Source: Hamiltosporidium tvaerminnensis FI-OER-3-3
Taxonomy: Eukaryota; Fungi; Microsporidia
NCBI GenBank assembly: GCA_022605425.2
Contig: JAKIMF020000007.1
Span: forward strand, 992,001 to 1,056,000
DNA length: 64,000 bases
Direction of reading: 5' to 3'
Shown here: positions 26,277-42,050 of the stretch, piece after piece
Numbering within the stretch: the stretch's first letter is position 1
Layout of the letters: every line of letters begins with the position of its first letter
Translations under genes and position numbers: made by a program
Notes under the pieces: model-generated
Databases searched by the model: none
Told to the model about the DNA's origin: nothing
Seen by the model: the letters and a program-made list of their open reading frames with translations, nothing else

Positions 26277-27539
26277 TTACTTTATATATAATTGTTGCTT
26301 ATATTTAACATTTTCTAGTTAATAGTTTGACCTGTTTATATTTGATTATTCTTCTAAATTCCTATTCGATATACATTTTGAAGGAATTTTTTTTCTAAAA
26401 TGCACAGATTAGATTATTTGAATACTGGGTTTTGAGATTTTTATATAAATTCGAGTGGAATCAAAAAATATTGTACTATTTTAATTTATCCCATGCCTTT
26501 TGTATATGAATGACGTATGTGTCTCTGCGGACCATTATTTCATTTCTATCTTATTTATATTCCTTTTCTTCAATCAAATGAAATGGTTTTAGTACTATTT
26601 AACATTTTATGATCTATTGTTTAGATATTTTTATTAATTATATTATATATTTTAATAATTTATCCTAAAAATATGCTAATCTACATTCTTAAAACTACGT
26701 TTTAAATGAGACTTACGAAACTATACATGAAGTTTAATTTCCATATTATTTTGTTTCAATAATTTGAAGCGAATTTTGCCAAGTAAATATCGATATTCGG
26801 TGTGTGTTCTATTATGTGATCTATTAAAACAAACAATATATCTGAATTATTGTTTTGAAGTGAGCGATGGATTTTAAATTTTGTTTAATATTATTCAAGT
26901 GTTGATATTGTAAATAATTTCAAAAAAAGTTTACTCCAAATTTAAGTTGAATATATTAGGTCTGAATATTTAAAAGAAAATGATAGAAACATAAAACACT
27001 TTATTGCAAAACAGGCATTTGAATTTCGGAAGTTTTTAAGAATAAAGTAGGTAAATATTCTTAGAAATTCAGAATTTCCACAGTTGCGAAATATATCTTT
27101 TGATATTTGGAATGCATTCATTTGAGGCTCGAAGAGAATCGAGTTGTCAAAGTTTGATATTCGTTTTATTAAGCTACCTTACCAATTCCTAAGAAGTCAC
27201 TAACACTATCGTTCTTCTAATTAGATATAGATGCAAATAAATTTGAATTTAATTTTCTACTTTTTATATAAATTTGAATTTAATTTTCTAGTCTTTTAAC
27301 TAAAGTTGTTAGATGAGCTTTTTATAATTTTTTCGTCCTATCTATTCCTATTCTATGTTAAACATAAATTAATATTCTTAACAACGCAATATGTTGTTCA
27401 TTATGGTTTTAAATTTGTAATTGCTTATAGATACAGCTTCACAGCAAATTTATAAGTAAAAGTCTCGCTATATTTTTTTAGTAGATAATTGTAAAAAGCA
27501 AGAAATATTAGAAACAAAAATCTGAATCTTAAAATAAAT

Positions 27540-28095
27540 GAATGACAGTTAATATATTCAAAAGTTACCCTATTTAATCTTAGTGGTGTTCATAGACAAT
27601 AGAAATAAAATTTTTTATAAACATATTTCTTTATCTAATCTTGGTGAAGATAAGTGTAGTATTGAGATAATCCGTTAGGTGATAACCTGGAACCATGTTT
27701 TGGCCTAATATCATAATTACCTTTCAACAGACTGTAAATACTTATGAATATAGAGAAATAATTTAGTCTCTAGTAGTTAAGAAGACTTCAAAACGATTTC
27801 CTTGGATTAACGAAAAAGACATGATTCGCTTAAATGCCGAAAAAAGCCGTGAAAGAGTGTATTAAGTGTTAATATAAGCCAAGATGTATGAGGAACCAAC
27901 ATCCTCTATAAAAAAAAACAAATACCGAGAAAGATAGTATACAACTGTTAAAAAAATCGAACTTTATTTCAGATGGAAAAACAGACAATAAACATAAATG
28001 AAGAGTCGGATTTAGTAGAAGAAAAGATGGTGCTATAATTTTAGAAAAAAATTCATAAAGATGTTAAAATGGTTTTTACGCTTAAATTCATTTAA
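27540..28095 (+). mobile_element. Degraded 3' fragment of the RLE non-LTR retrotransposon
   Basis: gtgtagtattgagataatcc and aacataaatgaagagtcggattt are reverse complements of LINE 3' segments. Confidence 0.7.
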
Positions 28096-29523
28096 AAATT
28101 ATTCTTTGATGAAGGATAGAGAACCATATTAAAAACTAACTGCTTAAGGATTAGTATGTGAAACCGAAGTTAAAATCATCGTGTGTATTTTTGTAAAAGG
28201 ATAACCACATTAAAAACCAACTGCTTGGTAATGAGTATGTTAAAATGAAACCAATTATTATTTGGGCTTCTTCTGGATAATAAGCGATTATTTTTATCAG
28301 TCCGTTGAAATTGGTTGTGCTTTCGATGAAGGCCAGAGAGAAAAAAATATTTTTTTGTAGGGAAATTTATTATTTTTACACTTTTTTTATCAATTAAACT
28401 TTTAATTGTATAAACCATGTAAAATAATATCCACTTTATTTAAAAAAAGTTACAATATTTTCAAAAATAATATACTTCGAAGTTTACAGAATTGCTTTTA
28501 AAAAATATTTGTAAATGTAATCATTCAACTTACGCCTTTCGTTATAAGTATGTTTTGTTTAAATTTTTATATCTCGAACATAAATTTTCACTTGTGTTTT
28601 TATGAATACACGATTATGATACAAAATTTGTTGAATGGTTAACACAATCCTAACAAAAATATTGATTCTCTCTAAATATTGAAAGGCTTAAACGGTTTTA
28701 TTCGAATATACTGCACACCTTAAGAGATAGAATTAAATAAAGCATTTTTAAAACACCCAAGGGTTTATTAAGGGAATTTGCATATAGAATTTTTTTTTGT
28801 TCTCCAAATAGCTCCTTATACACATTTTAGACTATTCCGACGATCTGTATTATACTTTCTCTATACTAAGAATATTTGGAGCGTTTCAAGCTGTTCTCCG
28901 TATTTCCCAATTCTTTAAAAGGAATACGAGCAATCATTTTGTATTAGAAATACAAGATTCTTAACAGGGTCTGCTATAGTTGCATTTAAAAAACCGTGCA
29001 TTTCTCTGGTAATATTATATGGAAATTCAAATTCAAATTCCTTAAATATATGTATTACATCATGGATTCCAATTTTGTAAGTTTTAAATTGCACTGAAGC
29101 AAGGCTCCGTATATTTCTCATCACAAAAAGAACAGCGGAAACGAATCCTTCCTCATGGAAAAATAGACTTTTAGAATTCTAGTCCAAACAAACATGCTTT
29201 AACCAAATCGTGTTGTTCTATTAAAAAATGCTTCTAAGTCACTGTCGTTTCTTTTTTGCAATTTGGTGATTTTGATAAATAGCTCTCCACTGTTAACAAG
29301 AAACATATGAATAGAAAATTAACTGCTTTTAAGTGAAATCTTCTACTGCGAAACTTCAATATATATTAAATTCGTATATATTTTGAAAATTTTAATCTTT
29401 ATATTTTGAATTTTTAAAAAAATCGCTAAACATAAAAAATTTTTTCGCTTTAAAATTTTTGTACCCCTCTGGATTTCATTGAAAGTTAACCTCAAATGTT
29501 TTATAGAAATACTATCTAAAATT

Positions 29524-30242
29524 TTTGTTTGAAAATAAGATTGCATCTATTTAAAAGAATGGTAAGTGTTATGTGTTTTTTGATGTCATTAACACAGTTA
29601 TAGGGTTAAAATAAATAATTAAACCTCCAACGCCCCATGGGTGCTGCCTTCGATACCTACTTCCCAAGTCTTTCACCATACGGTGAGTAGCACATAAAGA
29701 TTGGGCGGAAATTTAGCCTTTGTTCGTTAATATTATTGCATAGACTTTGATCGTAGTTCAAAAACCATTCTGTATTGCCTAATGACTATGCAGCATCTCT
29801 AATCACGCTTCGCTTCCCGGACCTAATAAATTACAAAATAATAAATATCTTGGCGACTTATATGAGGTCTTTCTAGAAATGCGATGTCATACTAGCAGAT
29901 AAAACCCACACCTAGTTTTCCTGCTTAGGGTGTAATTTTTGTATTTTCCAGGCGCCCTGTTTTATAGCCTAATTCAAAAGGCTGGGTTTCAAAGCTTTTA
30001 CATGGCGATTATCCACGCATTAATCTGCAGTCAGAAATCAGGTTACATTAAAGAACGGCAAAATATATTCGAAGAAAAAGTTTCACAATTTGGCAGACCT
30101 TTTTTCTCATACAAACTCCAATGACACAACCGAAAATGTAATTTGGCTTTATTCACAGCAAGAAATTAACCAATGATCTTCAAAAATATTTCCCATAGTC
30201 ATTGCCAAGTGAAAGTTTTTATTGTAGATATACACTCTCCCC
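29524..30242 (-). mobile_element. SINE-like family 1, old full-length copy
   Basis: Colinear (gactatgcagcat, ccaggcgc, cattgccaag). Direct repeat tatctaaaattttt at 29513-29526 and 30252-30265. Confidence 0.75.
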
Positions 30243-31123
30243 TAAAAATCTTATCTAAAATTTTTAAAAAAGATGATTTTACAATAATCTTTTAGATAAA
30301 CTTTTAATTTTCAAAAGGAATTACAAAAGATTTTAAGTTATAAAGTCTTGATAATTCTAGAAATATATATTTCATTCTTCTCTATTCCTTTAATTTAGTC
30401 AAAAATGTAGTTTTTCTTGTTTTTAATTTGATTTGAATTTTAATTTTAGTCTCAATATTTATTATATTTTCATTTTATAGGTAATACCTAATAAGATAAA
30501 CAGAGAAAGTCATGTAACATTTACCGTGCTTTTTTTTATAGATTTTCGTCAAGTAACGCACGAAAAAATGACATGAATTGCGGCTTAATTGGATATTAAA
30601 GATTTTTTTTTACTAAGAGTGATTGCACTATGCATTGAGTTTATACTAGACTTACCCCTCTCGCCATATTCGCTTCTGGATCTAACAGCATTTTATTTTT
30701 TGATCTAGAAAGTATAATCATTTACTTTCTTTAATCTTATTATTGTGATTACTCAACAATGCACTTAAAACAGTTAGTCATAATTCTTAATATTGAAGAT
30801 ATTCAGAATAAATTTTTGGCTTTCTATCTTTCCGGGTGAACAAATAGGGCTTTTATATCAAATTTATTTTACGCTATCTCAAATTGCAGATTGAAATTTA
30901 TTATCGTAATTTCAGCCCGTAGAGGTGTACTAATATGGAATTTAAAAATCGTTAAATACAGAAATATAGAACCTATTTTTGTAGAAAAGTATCGCAATGA
31001 TGCTTTAATAGTGTTTATTACAAGTATATATTTTGAATTGGAATAAGAATATTCCTGATTATAAAATCCGGAAAAAAGAATTAACTTAATTTTAAAAAAT
31101 AAATTAAACTTAAATTTTTTTAC

Positions 31124-32113
<990 letters not shown>

Positions 32114-32161
32114 TGTAAGGTTCCTATTTTTTATATTTTATAAAATATGTTTGATAAAAAC

Positions 32162-32320
32162 AACAAATAATATTGTTTAGAATGATTTTTGGTTCCATAC
32201 TTTAATTACTAATAGTACGACTATGATAGAAATAACAAATAATATTATTCATAGAATGATTGTTGGTTCCATATTTCAATTACTAATAGTACAACTATGA
32301 TAGAAATAACAAATAATATT
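32162..32320. repeat. 74-bp tandem duplication immediately upstream of GAPDH
   Basis: tagaatgatt.ttggttccata...gatagaaataacaaataatatt starting at 32178 and 32252. Confidence 0.85.
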
Positions 32321-32559
32321 TTATGTATTATATTTAAACCAATTAATTTTTATTGATAAGAGATTGTATTTCTAGATCAACCATAATGAAGAAATACAAA
32401 CAAAAGTATTTTAATAGGTAATTTTCAACTAATTTATAATTGTATAGTAACAACCTGATACATCTTTGGAACGAATTATTACCTTATATTAAATTTTAGA
32501 TATCTTAAAATTATTAACCTGTTAACTGCACGATTCCTATTTAAAGTCCTTTGCTAATT

Positions 32560-33400
32560 GTGTGTTTAAATTCACCAATAATGTGTATACGCCATTCACA
32601 GTGTGAAGTATATAACTATATATATAATAAAATATACAGCAAAACTGTAAAATATATACTTAATGGATAAAATAAGGAATTTTAAAGAAGCGTTCACAAA
32701 CAAAAATTGATTGAAAAAATATATTTTTCAAATTAAAAAATAATAAATATGGAGTATGTAATTTTGAAGATACAAGATCTGACCAAAAAATATCTTGAAA
32801 TAGAATCTGTAATTTTATGAAAATGTATATTGCCATTACAAATATTAGAATTTAACTATTTTAGGAATTTATGATATAAATGGAAATATCCAAATATCTA
32901 TGTTGGTATTAATAGGATATAGCATTTTTTCAAGACATATACCAAGATCTTACATATTTTTATGGAAATTCAAAAATTTTTCCAAAAGGGTAATTTCTTC
33001 ATTCATATATTTATTAGACATGAGTTCAATGATGAAATGTAGAAAAAAAATAATTAATAGATTTTTTTTAAGAAAATGGATTGATATTGAAGTTAAACCA
33101 ACTGTGAAACTCAAATATGAAAACATCTTCGCAAAATTATGTCGATTTCACTATTTATAGAAATAATTATGTTTATTATTATTTGATACACGGATTTTCA
33201 ACAATAAAAATGTAAAAAAAGCTGAAGATAAAAGGTTTTTATTAAAATATAATAATTACATTGGAAATTGCTGGGATACACAATGGAATTAAGCAAAATA
33301 TAAAGCCAGTTGGGTTTAGAAGCAGCAATTTAACTTTTAGGAAAAAAATATTTAAAATTCGAAAACTAATGTAACATTTTTGTGTGTTGAGTAAATTTTT
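32560..33400 (+). mobile_element. Possible highly decayed Ty3/gypsy RT-RNaseH remnant
   Basis: Fragments FSRHIPRSY (cf. YRxFIPNFS) and LEIAGIHNGIK (cf. ELLAIxxAL). Weak similarity, judged by eye only. Confidence 0.25.
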
Positions 33401-36400
33401 GAGATGTAAAAGCAAAATTCAAAAAAAAGATAAGAAAAATTTCCAAAATCAGGTTTTTGTATATAAATCTATAAGCTACTGCTGATATTCTTTTTTCATG
33501 GAACTAATGGATTTGATCGGATAATAAGAGCCAATAAACTAGGTTTGGAAATATCAATTGAACTTAAATTAAATTTCAAAAAATAGAATGATATACTTTT
33601 AAAATAAAATTATAAATTTTCTTTTATATAATATAGAGCACGTGCTTGTGGTAAGCTGTTTGAATAGAATACATATTTCGCAGGAATACTCTGGCGGAAA
33701 GTCTAGGAAAATGCGCTGGATGTTTATATAATAGTGTTAGGATTAATATCAAATTGTTGATATAACTAAAATAAAATTCAAAATATCAAAGTAATTTACT
33801 TCTTAAAACTTTATGTTAAAATGGTGGCATCAAAATAGCAGATTTAAAAGCTATACATTGTAAACCTGATAATTAAATGATCAATTTTAAATATAAAAGA
33901 GGTTACTGATTATTTACTTTCTTCTCAGTATGATATTTTCCACTATAACACTACGAAAATTCGCATCAGATAAGTTAAATATATACTTCGATTCTTTAAG
34001 TACTCTTTTTTATGAACAATTGACACATCTTATCTGAAAATTTGCCCTTAGTTGAGACCGCCAACATGCAATCGGCGAAATTTTTACTGTAGAGCCGTAA
34101 GGTTTAGACTGGATGATAGTCTTCCGACTTAATAGGTTTGAATCAATTGCACTACTTTTATTTTGAGATTTAGCCTAATGAGTTCTAAGAAAAGCCCAAT
34201 CTATTTAGCCTATCCTGTTTTTTATGTAGTTATACGTGCCTCGGCAAAAAAAATAACTATAAGATAAAGAAAAAAATTTTAAATTTTTCTGCATTCTTTT
34301 TCGAATGGCTATATAAGATGAGATTATTCTAAGGTTTGGATTTAAGCTTAAATATTTTTAGCATAATCAACAGAAAACTTTTCTGTTCTAATTAAATACT
34401 ATTTCAATTGATTTTTATTCTGTTGCACAAAGAAACAAACATATAAAAAGTGCATATCTTTAATAATAGCATCTCACGTGCATAATTCTGGCTTTAACAT
34501 TGATATAGGCCTACCGTTTTCAGTGTAGCTCTTTTTATATTCAACAGAAATTAAAAGATGTTGTAGCATTATAAAACTAAAAATAATGTAGCGAGCACAT
34601 GATCAATTTGCGAGCATCGATAATTTTAATCTAATAATTAAGATAAATATGGGATCTCTACTTTAACAGATCGCGAAGAATATAAAAAGATCCGGATCGT
34701 TATTTTTTGTAAATGAAATGTTCCCAGTAATCGGTATTTTCCTAGAATATTTAAATAGTTATCTATACGCTAAGATGAACACTCAAAAAGAATATTTAAC
34801 TATATACTTAAATTCACCCGTGTCATGGAATAAATTGTTTCAAAGAAAAACGATCAATCAACCTTATAAATTCATCTTTACCTAAAATTGTTCTGTCATG
34901 TAAAAAATTTGCTCTTTGATAAGATATATTCACAGAATTTGTAACTTTAGCAGTTTCACCACTTCTTTCCTGTCTAATCTGTTAATATCTTTATATTATA
35001 TACATTTGCAAACAATAAAGTTCCCCGGTAAGATATCGCTTTGTGGAACAATGAAACTGTACTATTTTTTCTTTTTGAAAAAATGAATCTCTATTTTTGA
35101 GTTCCTAATTATAATTGACGCCTCAATTTTCCGATACAAAAGCCATCGTTCGAATTAGTTGACAGTCAGTTTTTGACCTGGATTCGTTTTGAACGGTGGA
35201 GCTAAATAAATTATTGGAAATAAATTCGTTTTATCTCAAAGTTACAGATATTTTTCTGGGTCGAATTGATCGAAACAAAATATTTTTATCGTATGATGAA
35301 CATTATACATCAAATTAGATTTTTAGAACTCCTCATTCTCCAAAAAGGTATAGTAAGACTATAGTTTTTTGGTTTTCCCCCCTGTAATTCTATTCTTTCT
35401 CTCGTCAAAACTATCTTCACAGGAAAAAAAATGTTTCTACCGAAATATTTTTATCGCTTAATCTTTCCTTATCTTACTCTGATACGTAAAAATTTTCGGA
35501 TTCCCTCTCACTCCGAGTAGACTTTTTAATACACCACTGCTATTCTTATCGGATGCATCAAAAACAGCGAGAAATGTCTGAGCGCCATGACATGAAAAAT
35601 TGTTTTGGTACTTCAACTGCTATTCGAATCGCTCATTCCTTAAAAACAAAGCCTAGATAAATTTGTAGTTTATTTTTTCGTATCATGATAAAATCGAGAG
35701 AAAGTAAGTGCCATAACGATTTTCGCTTTGCAAAGAAAATTAATTTACTGACCCGGATTCGTTTGTATTTATTTATACGTTAAAATTCATCCTATCTCAA
35801 TATAGATTTATAAAAGTATCTACTTCTATTTGTTCCAGTCTTTACAAACAAATTTGAGCTGAGTTTGCATGCTATTTATTGAAGTATAGCCTTTTTTCAA
35901 GATTATATTAACAGCTAGAGCCTAAATAGTTAAAAAAAGAGTTAAGCAATATATAAAAAAATGAAATTCTTATTTATTGAGGAAATATTACATTGGAAAT
36001 AATTTTTTATTTTTCAATGAGATGTTTAACAAATAAAATAAATATTCTAATCCATCATTCTTTTTTTATAATTAAAGGTGAATATATTTTTTTAACGACG
36101 AGTATATACGTCAATGTTGTGAAATAAAATCTAGGATGACGAATATGATTTCTAAACACATTAAATGTTTAATTTTTTCGGTTTTGCGGTTTCAATTTTA
36201 TTCATTCCGCTTATTTCTAAATGTTATTTAATGTAGAAAATGATGAAGAGATGATAACTAATTCAAAATTTTCTGCGATATAATTATTAAGTAGAGTTAG
36301 TCATAAACGCTTGTTTTAAATTCTTTGTAGGATGCGAGAAACATTAAATTCTAGCTTTTTCGATATTAATATGTATAAAAAAAGAATGTTTGCAAAATAT

Positions 36401-36544
36401 GAAACCTTTTCAACAGGAAGGCTGTGCTTTTTTATGTAACTAGAGGGTAAAAGACAGTTCAAATTGTGATTTTTTTTTATTTTAAAGTGTTGAAATCTAG
36501 CGTGGCTTACTAGTTTAGAATACATGGCGCTGGAATATACAGAA

Positions 36545-37080
36545 AACATACTTCCTTATTCCGGTTATCTTGTAACTCTCGGTGTTAAGAATGAACAGAT
36601 GGAATACCCACGTATTCTGTCTTTGATCAATATTCTAGAATCTTCTAGGTTAAAGAGAGCATACACATAAAAAATTCAATAAAGTCAAGCGCAGCCTATA
36701 TTTTTTTAGTATGTTATTGTTACACTTATATGAACCATATTCAAGTTGCGAGATATATCTTAACTACGAGTAGTTTTAGTTTGGAGGGCAAGGATGTAAG
36801 TGGTACAACACATGGATCTTGGGAGGGAGGAAGTGATTGAGAAAGTGCAACCTGCATCAGACCTCAAGCAACATTAATTAACAATTTGAGGTACTTATTT
36901 ACTAATTAAATGGGTTCTACTTTTTTTAAGATTAAATGATTCTAGATTTATGTATCCTGAGGAATACTGAATGAGTTTTGGAATCGTAGTTATCATTTAA
37001 ATCCAGAACTACTTTGTTTCGGTATAAACAGTATGGAATATGTCTTTTTTATTTAAGATTGTATGTTTATCAAATTAACT
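36545..37080 (+). mobile_element. Old element with a family-1-like 3' half and a different 5' half
   Basis: gtaagtgg..tcttggg, acattaa, aattaaatgggttctac and ccagaactac match the family 1 3' half. 36555-36630 matches 63860-63930. Confidence 0.5.
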
Positions 37081-39439
37081 ATTTCAAACAATAAGATAAT
37101 TAAATTCTTGAATCAACATAACACAAGAGTACTTATACATTTAATCAAAGATAATTTAAAGGACCAAATTTGCTTACATTCCATATTAGAGACCAAATGA
37201 TGCTAGTATAACTAGAAATCAAGAACTGATACATATAATCTTGCCTGTTTTAAAGTCAAGGATATTCAAATGGATAAATCTGGGGTGTAAGAAGGCAGTT
37301 AGAAAAAAATGTGTAAATTTTCAAGAGTTTTCGAATGATCAATTCATTTCAAAAAAATATAGCTTTTCTTGTGATCTATTCCAAAAATCAGAAAGTTTTG
37401 AAGCTGCTTGCTTCAAAATACAAAAAATACGCATACTAATACAGTGAAGAACCATCTTCTTACCTATTAACTAAAAGTACTTTAGAAGAAAATAAAATCA
37501 AAAATAAGAAACTGTAATTACATTTCATAGATTAATACTGGATGAAATTTATGAATATCAGAAAAAATTAAAAAAAAAATTTTTTTTTGTGGTTTTCGGT
37601 TATTTAGCCTTGTTTTCTACCTATCAATTTTTTTATTGTGTAAGAAAGAAAATTTTGAGAAAAAAAGAATTTTATTTTGAAAAATATTTTAAGCCACAGG
37701 CTCTGCCAAACATTTGATATAAGCAATAGAATATGTTGTAGTTTCTAAAATTTATTCGATCAAAGGCCCTTCTTCTTATTCTATTCATTTCTTGGTTTTT
37801 AAATTTGATTTGGTTTTATTCTGGACTATCTTTATCTGACTTTCCTCATATTTTTTGTTTTTCTGCGAATGATATTTAAATTTTCATTATAAAATATGGA
37901 GGTTATTCTGGAAACCGGTGTTTTTTTAAACATTTGACAATAAAAGGCATGAAAATCTAGTCTATCAGCTCATCTATTTATAAGAATTCATTCAAATTTA
38001 TACCTTTACACTTTATTTTAAAATTAGCTTATGGATTTAAAACCAGGAATGACACCTAACTAAAGCGCATAAGAAGAAATCTATAGTTTTCAGACCTTCT
38101 GATATTAAGAATGCGTAAAAATAATAGAGTAAAGCTAAAGAGGCCAGACAAGAGCGCTATTTTATGAGAAAAACCTTAACCATATACAAACGAATGAAAT
38201 GTTTCCATTTCTCTGAGATAATTTAGGTGCAATATTGTTTGTCAAAACTGCTTAAAAATGCATTGGCTTGGGCGTAAACGATATTTTTATCTTTGGTGGT
38301 TCAATAATTTATAAAAGAGTGCTGCTTCGATATGGCTATAAATGAGATTCCCGCACTATTAATAATAACCACGAAATATAATTATACACTTTTGAAGTAA
38401 GAAAGACAGATACGCATTTACAGCTTGAAGTTTCGAGAGATATTTAAAAATATAAAGAACTAAAATTAAAGAATGTGAAAAGAAAACTCTTTCTTAATAC
38501 ATACTTTTCCAAAAAAAATATTGTAAGGCGACGATTAATGAGTTACAATTATTTAATGTTCAGTTGTACCTCAATAAATTGTCATAAAAAAACGTGATAA
38601 TAAATGTTAAATTATATATTAAACAAGTGGACAAAGCTTCAATGAGATTTGTAAATATACATCAACAAAAAATATAAAAAGCAATAACGAGGCTATATAT
38701 TTGTTCTGTTAACAAAGAAAAATATTTTTATAGATGAAAAACAAAAAAAAATTTAGAATCTATCAAACGTTCTTAAACCCCGATATGCATGTTGTTTCAA
38801 ATTACCTTATGTAATTATTAAATTAATCGGCAGGATTTTAATAAAAAAAGCCTTTCAAAATAAATATTGATATGTGTTTAAGAACAATTAGGATTAGGAT
38901 TTATTCAAGAGATCCAAAATGCATTGATGAATATAACTGTAAATGGAAATATAAATACTTGTTTGAATTCGTATTTCAGATTCGAGAAAAATATAAACAA
39001 TGAAGGCAATCAATATATTTATAGAAGAAAGAATGCGATTAAAAAACACATTAAAATCATTTAAACTGAGAACTTAGGGCGTGTAAATTTTCAGCAAATT
39101 AGCTAACAAAAGCTAAGACCTTGGTTTATGACAAAAACCGTTAAATGATAACATTTATAAAAAATATTAAACTACTACTTCTAAAAAAAACTTCAGTATC
39201 AATTGGTTTAAAGTATGAAGTAAAATTAACAATTTAAATCAAAAGAAAAATGTATGTTATACTAGAGGGGCAGTTTCAAAACAGGTAATAAGCTAATTCT
39301 TTTAATAAAAAATATTTGGATGTTTGGGTTATAGACTAAAAATCTGAAATGTTTGGTTTATTAAAGAATAAATCTATTCTGATTATATCTTACCCAATAA
39401 GATAAACGAAAAAAAAATATTCAAATATCTAAGAAAGAA

Positions 39440-39679
39440 TCTCTCACCCTATCAGAGGCAGAATTGGCTTGGGGTATTCTCTGCTTGTCATAAGAGGCGA
39501 CTTGAAGGGATTAGTCCTCTATGTTAGAGTTGGGTGTAGGGCTAATAACCAACCCTTTAAAATTACCTTGTAACGAAACCCGAAAAAGTAAAAAACCCAC
39601 ATAAAAAACACCGGTGAGCTGTATTACTAGGGGAAACCAAGGCTCGTACAAGGGCAGTAATCTGAAAATGTATAAAGGA
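39440..39679. mobile_element. Family 2 ~240-nt element with 13-bp TSD
   Basis: atctaagaaagaa at 39427-39439 and 39680-39692. Confidence 0.8.
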
Positions 39680-40028
39680 ATCTAAGAAAGAACAAATTAA
39701 CAATTATAAATTACTAATTAATTAAATTCTGTTATGTTAGAAAAGAGCACAATGTATAATTTTTAAATTTAAAATTCCCTCGATCTTCAATCGCTATATA
39801 AAATGAGTAAAGGTTCATCAAATAAAATATTTCGAATCAAATACACCGAGAAATCTATAAAATATATTTTAGTGTGACATTTTACAAGCGAAATCAAGAA
39901 TCAGACAAAATAAACAAAAAATGTAATATAAAAAAACTTATCTATAATTTTTGTTATAAAAAATTGATATTTTAATATATTTCCTTTGAAGTAATAAGTT
40001 ATTAAACCAAACTAATTTCAGTGTAAAC

Positions 40029-41720
40029 TCATGCTAAATTAGAGTGGATGTATTCAGATATACTCTTAAAACATTCTCCAGAATAATCTTTAAAAATTAC
40101 TATATATTTAGAATTATTAAAATATATGAAGTTTTCTGGTTCTATATTGTTATTTAATATTTTCAGACCTATTTGATACTTAAATATATTGCGCTCGAGT
40201 CCACAGTGATTTAAAGAAATTAATAGTTCGCATTTTATAAGAAAAAATATATAGCGAATTACAAAATTATCCCAGGTTTCTTTAAAAAGTATATCAAAAA
40301 ATATATTTCCAAAATTTTTTATAAACTCTAATTTGATTGTATCCTCCCTATGTCCAATAATTATCATATAAAGTATTATTTCAGTTAATTGATTTAGCTT
40401 CTCAATAAAGATATCAGGAAGAAGAAACAATATTAGATGAAAATCATTGAAAATCCTATTGGCATATTTTAATTCATTGTTTTTTTCTATCTGGATTATA
40501 TTTGTAATATCTTCAAAAAGAACTTTTAATAAATCAAATGAAACATAATAATTTGTATTATATTGAATGCAAGATACTATTCTAAACATAATTTCATTTA
40601 TTTTTTTTTTAAAATCGAGTTTTATATTTTGAATCTTCAATCGATTATCTTGCGTATTTAGAAGTGTATCTTTATGAAAGAGTCGTATGTATTCGTTTTC
40701 GCATTTTTCAAGCAAAATAAGTAACATATACATCTCTCTGTCTCTTTTAGGTATTGTATTTAAATATGAATTATTAATATAAATTGAAAAAATCAAACTT
40801 CTTATTCTAAAAATGCCCAAATCGAAATATTTTAAGTTATAAGAATTGAATAATTCCTCTAATTTTATTTTTATCTGTGATTTATCTTCAGGCCAAAATT
40901 TTAATGGAAATTTCGTATTATATAAAAAATGTGAAATTTCATTTAAGATCTCTTTAAATTTGCAAATTTCAATTTCTATTATATTAAAATTTAAAATTTT
41001 TAGGAATATATCAGTAAATAAATCTTCGCCTGATATTTCATCCAAGTTAAAATGTATATAAACCATCTCAGCTTCATAATTCACAAATTGAAAATTCTTT
41101 GTTCGGCTAAATTTAATTATTTAAATAAGCGAATTTAACAATGATGGATTTAAAAGTTTTATTTCTTCGAATGTAATTGGCATGTTTGGGTATTCTTTCA
41201 ATATTTTTTTTAGTTCTAGGCTTCCATTTAAAAAACCGGAAATCAACTGATATTTTCCAAAAATGGCATCCAACGATTCTTTACAAACAATCTTATCAGG
41301 ATCAATAACATCGATTAATACTTTTTTTGATTTGTTTCGAGTCTTTGATATCGAGTGAGATCTTTTCCTAGATAAAACATAGCTCTGTAAATATTTTAAA
41401 CACGGCTTTACCTTTTTATTACACACAATACATTCTTCTTCATCAAGACATTTCTGATATATTCGTGAATTTGAACAGATGCCTTCACATATACTACACA
41501 AGTCTGGATTTATATCATTAGAAGCCAGACAAGTACTATTAGATGTCTGAATAGTGTCATCAATCGGTTTTTCACAATTAATATCTCTAATAAAATTCTT
41601 GGGTTCTTCTTCATTGCAAATCCTATCTAAATCTATATCGATTGGCTTATTTACTATTTCCTCATCTATTTCTTGGATTGAACAGAGCACAATATGTAAA
41701 TATATTATATAGTGAATCAT
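40029..41720 (-). pseudogene. Paralog of 60238-61929 with a single premature TAA (GAA in the intact copy)
   Basis: ORFs 41121-41792 and 40029-41084 are in frame. ATT TAA ATA here versus ATT GAA ATA at 60832-60840. Confidence 0.85.
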
Positions 41721-41941
41721 TATGGGTAATTTATTAGGATATAAATATTGCATTTCTAATTTTAGAAGGCCATTTAATTTTTTATCTAACAAAATTGAAA
41801 AAAATCCATTTAAATATAAAATTGTAAATTTGCTTGATCTAAAAAATAGCTTATATGTGTTGAGTATTATAACCTTTTAATTCTTGCTTATTTATTGCAG
41901 CGTTTTTTTTGAATTATAAATGGATTATTTGGAAAAATTGT

Positions 41942-42050
41942 AAAGAGAGGATAATCACATTCAAAACTTACCTTCTTGGCAATAATTTTACTAAAATAGT
42001 GTATAAATAATTTCCGAATTTTGTTAAGATATAAACCACACTTGATCTAT
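41942..42050 (+). mobile_element. Decayed 5' fragment of SINE-like family 1
   Basis: gaggataatcacat..aaaactt..cttggcaat..aaaccacact matches the family 1 5' end. Confidence 0.5.

Larger units (their letters stand above)
38535..41935. repeat. ~3.4 kb inverted segmental duplication, copy 1 (partner 60025-63413)
   Basis: Reverse-complement identity across the gene, the family 2 element and the flanks. Confidence 0.93.

Noticed and set aside
33690-33712. GGCGGAAAGTCTAGG resembling RNase P CR-I
   Set aside because: No matching CR-V/P4 partner at a plausible distance, and the flanks are unstructured.
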